A DNA stretch of 64,000 nt from Candidatus Aminicenantales bacterium. GTDB taxonomy: Bacteria > Acidobacteriota > Aminicenantia > Aminicenantales > UBA4085. Of this stretch, positions 56,934-64,000 are shown piece by piece; the stretch's first letter is position 1, and each line of letters opens with the position of its first letter. The stretch is from the NCBI GenBank assembly GCA_049515535.1, contig JBEKTZ010000002.1:211467-275466 (forward strand). The letters run 5' to 3'. The position numbers were made by a program, and so were the translations under genes. The notes beneath the pieces are model-generated. The model was given only the letters and a program-made list of their open reading frames with translations, made no database searches and was not told the DNA's origin.

Positions 56934-58211
56934 TCAAATGACCGTCCCGTCCGGAATGACGGCGTTCTTCGGGACGACGACGATCCCGGAAACGATACTG
57001 TAGTTCTCGGCGGTTTCGTCCTGGACGTCCCGGACATTGAGGAGCTTCACCCCGTTCCCGATCCGGGCATTCTTGTCGATAATGACGCGGCAAACCTCGC
57101 ATCCCCGGCCGACGCCGATCGGAGGGATCCCCCGGACCGCGTTCCGCTCCAGTTCCTCCCGGGCCTCGAAGTAGTCGGCGCCCATCATGACCGTCCGTTC
57201 CAGAACGCTTCCCTCCCCGATCCGGGATCGGACGCCGATGATCGCCTTCCGGATCCGGGAGCCGTTAATGATACTCCCTTCGCACAAAATGGATTGGACG
57301 ACGTCCGAGGCGATGATCTTCGACCCCGGCAGAAAGCGGGCGTGGGTGAAGATCGGCCTGTCCTCGTCGTAGAAATTGAACAGCGGCAGCGGCTCGGTTA
57401 GCTTCAGATTAGCCTCGAAAAAATTCTTGATCGTTCCGATGTCCTCCCAGTAGCCGTCGAAGAAATAACCGAAGACCTTCTTTTGCCGGATGGCCTCGGG
57501 AATGACCTGTTTGCCGAAATCCTCGTGCCTATTGTTTTCGAGAAGTTCGCGGAGCACGGACACGTTGAAGATATAGATCCCCATGGAGGCCAGGTGCGTC
57601 CGTCCGGCGGGATCGACGCCGTGAGCGCGGAACGCGTCATCCTCGACCGCCATGGCCTCGACGGCCGCGGCCTCCCTGGGCTTTTCGCGGAACTCCGTGA
57701 TGCGGCCGGTCCGGTCGACCTTCATCACGCCGAAATCCTTGACCGCGTCGGCTCGGACAGGGGTCACCGAGATGCTGATTTCCGCGCCCGTCTGGAGATG
57801 GAAATCCACGAATTTCCGGTAATCCATGCGGTAGAGATGGTCGCCCGAGAGGATGAGCACCAGGTCTCCCTGATTCTCCAAAAAAGGGAGATTCTGGCGC
57901 ACGGCGTCGGCCGTGCCCTGATACCAATCGCGGTTTTCGAGGGTCTGCTGGGCGGACAGGATCGTCACGAAATCCTTTTGAAAGATGTCGAACCGGTAGG
58001 TCAAGAAGATATGGCGGTGAAGGGATTCGCTGGCGAACTGGGTCAGGACGAAGATTTTCCGGTAGCCGGAGTGGATGCAGTTGCTGATGGGGATATCGAT
58101 CAGCCGGAACCGCCCGGCGATCGGGACCGCCGGCTTGCTGCGCATCTTGGTCAGCGGATAAAGACGGCTCCCCTGCCCTCCAGCCATGATCATCGTCGCG
58201 ACATTGGCCAT
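56934..58211 (-). CDS. glgC: Glucose-1-phosphate adenylyltransferase
   Basis: AGGQGSRLYPLT..RSKPAVP, GTADAVRQN, GYWEDIGT. Confidence 0.95.
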   Translation of the reverse strand: MANVATMIMAGGQGSRLYPLTKMRSKPAVPIAGRFRLIDIPISNCIHSGYRKIFVLTQFASESLHRHIFLTYRFDIFQKDFVTILSAQQTLENRDWYQGTADAVRQNLPFLENQGDLVLILSGDHLYRMDYRKFVDFHLQTGAEISISVTPVRADAVKDFGVMKVDRTGRITEFREKPREAAAVEAMAVEDDAFRAHGVDPAGRTHLASMGIYIFNVSVLRELLENNRHEDFGKQVIPEAIRQKKVFGYFFDGYWEDIGTIKNFFEANLKLTEPLPLFNFYDEDRPIFTHARFLPGSKIIASDVVQSILCEGSIINGSRIRKAIIGVRSRIGEGSVLERTVMMGADYFEAREELERNAVRGIPPIGVGRGCEVCRVIIDKNARIGNGVKLLNVRDVQDETAENYSIVSGIVVVPKNAVIPDGTVI

Positions 58212-58286
58212 GGGAACCTCCTGAGGAACGCGTTCATCGAAATATACCTTTTTTAAGGCCGAATTTCCATGCTTTCGCTTGACGAA

Positions 58287-58348
58287 AGATCCCTCTTGGA
58301 CTTTCGTCCTGGAAGCTAAACTACGGCCAGAGATCCCTCTTTGACTTT
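58287..58348. promoter_or_regulatory. 18-bp direct repeat in the divergent glgC/PilZ intergenic region
   Basis: AGATCCCTCTTGGACTTT (58287-58304) and AGATCCCTCTTTGACTTT (58331-58348). Confidence 0.6.
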
Positions 58349-58397
58349 TTTCCTGCCTGTGTTATATTTTCCATCAGCGAAGAAACGGGAGGAACGC

Positions 58398-58823
58398 ATG
58401 GACGATGAAAGCCTGGAAAAACGGATATGCGTGCGGTTTCGGATTCCGGATGCCGAGATCAGGTATAAAAAGGAAAAGTTCTTTATCAAGAGAACCGATT
58501 TCATCGACGAGCCGCTTCCCATGCTTGACATGAGTCGCGGCGGAATCCGGTTCTTCTCCCGGGAACTCTTGAAATTCGACAGCATCGTCACGGTGAAGAT
58601 CACCGTCCTCGAAGAAAAAGAGCCGCTGATTCTCAGAGGCACGGTGCGTTGGTATATGATGAATTCGGACCCGACCTACAAGTATCAGCTGGGCGTCCAA
58701 TTTCTTCCCTATGGCGAAAAAAAAGACCAGAACTCTTCTCAAACCCTGGCGAGGATCATCACCCTGGAGCAGAAGTATATGGATGAGACGATGATCCCGG
58801 AAAATCCCCCGGAGTCGTTTTGA
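58398..58823 (+). CDS. PilZ domain protein with canonical motifs
   Basis: KRICVR (RxxxR), DMSRGG (DxSxxG), GTVRW...GVQF; GGAGG SD. Confidence 0.85.
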   Translation: MDDESLEKRICVRFRIPDAEIRYKKEKFFIKRTDFIDEPLPMLDMSRGGIRFFSRELLKFDSIVTVKITVLEEKEPLILRGTVRWYMMNSDPTYKYQLGVQFLPYGEKKDQNSSQTLARIITLEQKYMDETMIPENPPESF

Positions 58824-58853
58824 GGGCGATCCCGGTGGGCAAGCCCGATCGCC

Positions 58854-60938
58854 CTATTTCTTGACCGCGGGTTTTTCCCCTTCGACGACGACCTGCGCAT
58901 AGTCCGCCATCGGGATCAGAATTTTGCGGATCGCCTGGAGCAGGGACAAACGGTTTTTCCTCAGCTTGTTCTCCTTGGCCATGACCAAAACCCGATCGAA
59001 GAAATCGTTGAGGCACGGCTGGAGGCGGAAAACCATTTTCTGCGCCTGAGAAAAATCGCCTTTGGCAAACATCGGGACGACGTTCTCCTTGACGATCGAA
59101 AACGTCGAAAACAGATCGCGTTCAGGCTTTTCGGCGAGGAGATCCGGGCTGAACGCATAGACCGGCTGGCCGGCCAGGATGTTGTTCACCCGTTTGGCCA
59201 TCAGGATGAACGGCTCGAATTGGGAGCTGGCCTTGAGCGTGTCCAGCGCCTTGACCCGAAGATAAGCATAATAAATGTTATCGACCCCGGCTCCGAGCGC
59301 CGCGTTGATCAGATCATAGCGGTAGCCTTCGCGCTCGCAGATGTAACGCAGCCGGCCAAGAAAGAAATCATGGCAGAATTCGAGAATCTCTTTTTTCGGC
59401 CGTTTGAGCCTATCGCCGTAAACCGTCAGGACTTTTTCCAAGAGCCGCTGAAACGAAAAATTCATTTTCCAGTCCAGGATGATCTTGCAGACGCCCTGGG
59501 CGTTGCGGCGCAGCCCAAACGGGTCGCTCGACCCCGTGGTTTGGACGCCGATGCCGACCGCTCCGACGATGGAATCCAGTTTATCGGCGATGGATAGGAT
59601 CGCCCCGCCTTGCGTCTCCGGGGAATCGTCATCCAAGCTGACCGGCCGATAATGCTCGTAGATCGCACGTGAAACGACGGAGGACAATCCTTCGGCTTTG
59701 GCATAGAGTCCGCCGACTCTGCCCTGGAGCGAGGGAAATTCACGGACCATGTCCGTGACGAGATCCGCCTTGCAAAGTTCCGCGGCGAGGAGGACCTCTT
59801 TGCCGTCCTTGCCGTCTTCCACCTTGGCATTCAAATAGGAGACGATCTTTTTCAACCGTTGGGTCTTATCGTCGTAGCTGCCGAGTTTCTCCTGGAAGAG
59901 GACGTGTTTGAGGGCGGGGGCCCGTTTCTTCAGGCCGGTTTTGAGATCGTGTTCCCAGAAGAACCGGGCGTCCTCGAGCCTGGCTTTAAGGACCCGCTCG
60001 TTGCCTTTTTGAATGAATCCCTTGGCGTCGGAAGGCGCGTCCGCGACTCCTAAAAAACAAGGGATCTGCTTTTTCGCTTTGACGACGGAAAAAAGCTTCT
60101 GCCCCTCGCGCATGGCGGTGCTCAAAATCTCGAGCGGAAGGTCGAGATAGCGCTCGGGAAACCCGCCCATAAAAACGAAGGGGTACTCGACATCGTTGGC
60201 CAGACGCTCCAAGAGGCCGGGATCAGGATGAAGCTGGGCCTCGAGGGGGGACAGAAGCGCCTCGATCTGATCCAGGATGCTTTTTTCCCGCTCCTCGGCA
60301 TCCACGATGACCATGTTCTCCTTGAGCGCATCCCGATATTCCCGGAACGACTTCACCGTGATTCTTCGCGGCGACCGGATCTTATGGCCGAACGTCGTGT
60401 CGCCGGCGCTCACGCCGCCGATCTCGAAGGACAAGGGACGTTCCCCCAAAAGACAAAGGACGTTGCGGATCGGGCGCGAGAACCTGAACTGTCCCTCGCC
60501 CCAGCGCATCATCTTGGGAAAAGACAGGGCGCCGACGATCTGGGGAATGATCCCGTTGAGGATCTCCTCCGCGCTCCTCCCCTTTTCGGTCTTCTTGAAG
60601 CCCACGTATTCGCCCTTTTCAGTTTTGATGATTTCGAGATTGGCGATATCGATCCCCCTGGACCGCGCAAAACCGAGCGCCGCCGGAGTGGGGGTCCCGT
60701 CCGCCGTGAAGGCGACGGCCCTGGGCGGACCGGTGATGATTTCCTCGCGGGCCTCCCGGCCTTCGGCCAAATCGGCGAGAACGACGAGCCGTCGGCAGGT
60801 GCTGAAGGTGCGGAGCTCGGTCCAGGAGATCTTGGCCGCGGAGAGCTCCCGGGCGAATTTTTCTTTCAGGTCGAGAAGCGCCGTCTTCACGTGCGACGAC
60901 GGCATTTCTTCGACGTTGATCTCTAATAGAAATTCCAT
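58854..60938 (-). CDS. glyS: Glycyl-tRNA synthetase beta subunit
   Basis: FLLEINVEEMP, FPKMMRW, ARLEDARFF, DPFGLRR; ATG at 60938 overlaps the glyQ stop. Confidence 0.95.
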   Translation of the reverse strand: MEFLLEINVEEMPSSHVKTALLDLKEKFARELSAAKISWTELRTFSTCRRLVVLADLAEGREAREEIITGPPRAVAFTADGTPTPAALGFARSRGIDIANLEIIKTEKGEYVGFKKTEKGRSAEEILNGIIPQIVGALSFPKMMRWGEGQFRFSRPIRNVLCLLGERPLSFEIGGVSAGDTTFGHKIRSPRRITVKSFREYRDALKENMVIVDAEEREKSILDQIEALLSPLEAQLHPDPGLLERLANDVEYPFVFMGGFPERYLDLPLEILSTAMREGQKLFSVVKAKKQIPCFLGVADAPSDAKGFIQKGNERVLKARLEDARFFWEHDLKTGLKKRAPALKHVLFQEKLGSYDDKTQRLKKIVSYLNAKVEDGKDGKEVLLAAELCKADLVTDMVREFPSLQGRVGGLYAKAEGLSSVVSRAIYEHYRPVSLDDDSPETQGGAILSIADKLDSIVGAVGIGVQTTGSSDPFGLRRNAQGVCKIILDWKMNFSFQRLLEKVLTVYGDRLKRPKKEILEFCHDFFLGRLRYICEREGYRYDLINAALGAGVDNIYYAYLRVKALDTLKASSQFEPFILMAKRVNNILAGQPVYAFSPDLLAEKPERDLFSTFSIVKENVVPMFAKGDFSQAQKMVFRLQPCLNDFFDRVLVMAKENKLRKNRLSLLQAIRKILIPMADYAQVVVEGEKPAVKK

Positions 60939-61786
60939 CAGAGTTTCCCCTCGGTGTTCGCGTATTTCATGGCCACCTGATTTACGACCGTCCGGATCTG
61001 GGCGATCATCTTCACACGTTCGGTGACGCTGATCGCGCCCCTGGCGTCCAGGAGATTGAAGACGTGCGAACATTTCAGGCACATGTCATACGCGGGCAGG
61101 AGAAGGTTCTTTTCGATGAGCCGGCCGGCCTCTTTTTCAGCCAGGGCGAACGACTCCTGGAGGGATTTGATCGACGCTTGATTGAAATTGTATTCCGAGA
61201 ACTGACGTTCGTCTTCGAACCTGAGATCGCGGTAGCTGACGTCTTCGGACCATTTCAAATCGTAGATATTGTCCTTTTCTTCGAGGAACATTTCGAGCCG
61301 TTCGAGGCCGTACGTGATCTCGACCGGAATCGGAAAAACGTCAAGCCCCCCGGCCTGCTGAAAGTAGGTGAACTGAGTGATCTCAAGGCCGTCGAGCATG
61401 ACCGACCATCCGACCCCCCAGGCTCCGATGGTCGGGGATTCCCAGTCGTCCTCGTCAAAGCGGAGATCATGGTCCTGCAGGTTGATGCCGAGCGAAGTCA
61501 GCCCGTCGATATAGAGTTTCTGGATATCCGCGGGCGAAGGTTTGATGATGACTTGGAACTGGTGATGTTTCTGGACGCGGTTCGGGTTTTCGCCGTAGCG
61601 GCCGTCCGTCGGCCGGCGCGAAGGCTGGACATAGGCCACTTTCCAGGGCCGCTTGTCGAGGACACGGAAAAACGTGTCCGGCGTCATCGTCCCCGCGCCG
61701 ACTTCGACGTCGTAGGAAGGCGCCAGATAGCAGCCCTGGTCCGCCCAGTATTTCTGCAGGTTCATGATGAGGTTCTGGAGGCTCAT
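60938..61786 (-). CDS. glyQ: Glycyl-tRNA synthetase alpha subunit
   Basis: QPSRRPTDGRYGENPNR, EITQFTYFQQ, EITYGLERL. Confidence 0.96.
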   Translation of the reverse strand: MSLQNLIMNLQKYWADQGCYLAPSYDVEVGAGTMTPDTFFRVLDKRPWKVAYVQPSRRPTDGRYGENPNRVQKHHQFQVIIKPSPADIQKLYIDGLTSLGINLQDHDLRFDEDDWESPTIGAWGVGWSVMLDGLEITQFTYFQQAGGLDVFPIPVEITYGLERLEMFLEEKDNIYDLKWSEDVSYRDLRFEDERQFSEYNFNQASIKSLQESFALAEKEAGRLIEKNLLLPAYDMCLKCSHVFNLLDARGAISVTERVKMIAQIRTVVNQVAMKYANTEGKL

Positions 61787-61789
61787 GGA

Positions 61790-63238
61790 CTATCTTTCTT
61801 TCTCCCACTTGAGGACCGGATTGCGGGCCGCCGCCGTTTCGTCCAGCCGCCGGACATAGGAGTGATGCGGCGCGGATTTGAGAACTTCGGGATTTTCCTT
61901 GGCCTCCCGGGCGATCTGCTTCATGGCGTCGATGAACATATCGAGATCCCGCTTGCTCTCGGTTTCCGTCGGCTCGACCATCAGCGCCCCGTGGACGATC
62001 AGGGGAAACGACATCGTCGGAGGATGGACGCCGAGGTCGATCAATCTTTTGGCGATATCGAGATTCGAGACGCCGTATTCCTTTTGATATTTGTCGGAGA
62101 AGACGCATTCATGAAGGGTCGGCGTCGTATATTTGAGATGGTAGTCCTTGTCCAGGCTCTTGCGGATGTAGTTGGCGTTGAGCACGGCGATCTCGGCGAT
62201 TTCTTTGATCCCGTCCGGGCCGAGGGCCAGGATGTACGCCAGGGCCTTGACGACGACGAGAAAATTGCCAAAAAAACTGCGCACCCGGCCGATGGATTCG
62301 GGAAGGTTGGTGTTCAACGCCCATTTTCCGCCGCGTTTCTCCACGCGAGGGATGGGGAGATATGGCTCCAGGGCTTTTATCACGCCCACGGGACCGGAGC
62401 CGGGACCTCCCCCGCCGTGCGGCGTCGCGAAGGTCTTATGAAGGTTGATGTGGATGACATCCACGCCCATATCCCCCGGCCGGCAAATGCCGGTCAGGGC
62501 GTTCATGTTGGCCCCGTCCATATAAAGAAAGCCGCCTTTGGCGTGGACGATCTCCGCGATCTTACGGATGTCGTATTCGAAAACGCCCAGCGTATTCGGA
62601 TTCGTCACCATGAGCGCCGCGACGTCTTCGTTCATGCGCTTGGCCAGGTCTTCGAGGTCCACGGTTCCGTTCTCGTTGGACTTGATCTCCTGGACGGTAT
62701 AGCCGCATAGGTGCGCGCTCGAGGGGTTGGTTCCATGCGCGGAATCGGGAATCAGGACATATTTCCTCGCCTTGCCCCTCGCTTCGAGGCTGGCCCGGAT
62801 GAGCATCATGCCCGTCAGTTCGCCTTGGGCGCCCGCGGAGGGCTGGAGCGTGAAGGCGTCCAGACCGGAGATCTCGCAGAGATAGTCTTCGACAAGCTTG
62901 ATGATTTCGAGGTTGCCCTGGACCATATCCTCGGGGGCGAAGGGATGGGACAGCGCGAATTCGCGGAGCGCCGCCACCTTCTCGTTGATCTTGGGGTTAT
63001 ATTTCATCGTGCAGGAGCCGAGGGGATAGAATCCGATATCCACGCAGTAATTCTGTTGGGAGAGCCGGGTGAAATGGCGCACGATTTCGATTTCGGAGAC
63101 CTGGGGGAAACCCGGGATTTCGTCCCTCACCGGAAGCCCCCGGAGGATGTCTTTCTTCCCGGGCACGTCGAGCTTGGGAAGGGCGAACGCCCGCTTGCCT
63201 TTATCGCTGATCTCGAAGATCAAGGATTCGCGGATCAT
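61790..63238 (-). CDS. gcvPB: Glycine dehydrogenase (decarboxylating) subunit 2
   Basis: YPLGSCTMKYNP, SAHGTNP, NLHKTFATPHGGGGPG. Confidence 0.96.
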   Translation of the reverse strand: MIRESLIFEISDKGKRAFALPKLDVPGKKDILRGLPVRDEIPGFPQVSEIEIVRHFTRLSQQNYCVDIGFYPLGSCTMKYNPKINEKVAALREFALSHPFAPEDMVQGNLEIIKLVEDYLCEISGLDAFTLQPSAGAQGELTGMMLIRASLEARGKARKYVLIPDSAHGTNPSSAHLCGYTVQEIKSNENGTVDLEDLAKRMNEDVAALMVTNPNTLGVFEYDIRKIAEIVHAKGGFLYMDGANMNALTGICRPGDMGVDVIHINLHKTFATPHGGGGPGSGPVGVIKALEPYLPIPRVEKRGGKWALNTNLPESIGRVRSFFGNFLVVVKALAYILALGPDGIKEIAEIAVLNANYIRKSLDKDYHLKYTTPTLHECVFSDKYQKEYGVSNLDIAKRLIDLGVHPPTMSFPLIVHGALMVEPTETESKRDLDMFIDAMKQIAREAKENPEVLKSAPHHSYVRRLDETAAARNPVLKWEKER

Positions 63239-64000
63239 CGGAGCACCTCCTCGAGAGCGCCGGCCAGCCTGTCGATTTCGTCCTTAGTGTACACTTCCGT
63301 CACGCAGAACAGAACGCAGTTCCCGAGCTCGGGATAAAAGGTCTTGAGACTCAGGCCACCGACGATGCCCTTCGTTCTCAGGGCGTCGTTGATCTTTTGG
63401 CCGTCTTTGCGAAACTCGAGGACGAACTCGTTGAAGAACCGGCCGCTGAAATGCCGCTTGATCCCCTTGATCCCGGAGAGCCTTTCGGCCGCGTAATCCG
63501 ATTTTTGGATGTTTTGAACGGCCATTTCCCTTAAACCGTCATGTCCGAGCGTTTCGAGGAACATGGTCGCCCGCAGCGCGCACCAAGCCTGGTTCGTGCA
63601 GATATTGGACGTGGCCTTTTCGCGGCGGATGTGCTGCTCGCGGGTGGACAAGGTCAGGACGAATCCGCGTCGTCCGTCGACGTCCTTCGTCTGTCCCGCG
63701 ATTCGGCCGGGAAGCTGTCGTAAATGCTCTTTTTTGCAGCCCATGAAGCCCAGGTGGGGACCGCCGAAGCTCGGAGCGAGGCCGAACGACTGCGCTTCGC
63801 CGCAGACGATGTCCGCGCCGAACGCGCCGGGCGCTTCGAGGACTCCGAGCGAAGCCGCTTCCGCGACCGCGACGATGAACAGCGCCTGATGGCCGTGGGC
63901 CAGGTCGCTGAATGTCTTGAGATCTTCGACGACGCCGAAGAAGTTGGGCGATTGGAGGAGAACCGCGCTCGTGTCTTTGTCCAGCTTATTCATGAGATCG
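63235..64000 (-). CDS. gcvPA: Glycine dehydrogenase subunit 1 (5' part outside the window)
   Basis: SFGGPHLG, TREQHIRREKATSNICTNQ. Confidence 0.94.
   Translation of the reverse strand, partial: DLMNKLDKDTSAVLLQSPNFFGVVEDLKTFSDLAHGHQALFIVAVAEAASLGVLEAPGAFGADIVCGEAQSFGLAPSFGGPHLGFMGCKKEHLRQLPGRIAGQTKDVDGRRGFVLTLSTREQHIRREKATSNICTNQAWCALRATMFLETLGHDGLREMAVQNIQKSDYAAERLSGIKGIKRHFSGRFFNEFVLEFRKDGQKINDALRTKGIVGGLSLKTFYPELGNCVLFCVTEVYTKDEIDRLAGALEEVLR

Noticed and set aside
61064..62710. 548-aa plus-strand ORF
   Set aside because: Antisense shadow of glyQ and gcvPB.

Overview
A gene-dense, GC-rich bacterial chromosome segment from a diderm (waaA, lpxB, lnt, TolC). The gene style is consistent with an anaerobic Acidobacteria-related lineage such as Ca. 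Aminicenantes; this is inference only. Most of the window is housekeeping: rpsO-pnp, proS, coaE, HU, lnt-prfB (with a +1 frameshift), mazG, ribF-pyrR-pyrC-rnc, fbp, glgC, gcvPA/PB-glyQS, an RND pump and LemA-TPM. I saw no tRNA, rRNA, CRISPR array or transposase. Main highlights: (1) A putative c-di-GMP circuit. A VpsT/CsgD-like LuxR pseudo-receiver sits among three PilZ paralogs, and a separate hybrid kinase-diguanylate cyclase-Hpt operon shares with it an identically spaced promoter motif, ATCACCCC-N5-TCATC-N9-GATTGACC. (2) A cluster encoding an AmmeMemoRadiSam-type radical SAM enzyme with a twin-arginine leader, a DUF362-like protein, a secreted protein and a membrane-fused spermidine-synthase-fold protein with altered catalytic motifs. 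(3) Two families of structured non-coding palindromic elements, each present twice and co-occurring; one family has inner hairpins whose sequence differs completely between copies while pairing is kept. All family assignments come from motif recognition by eye; no database searches were run.
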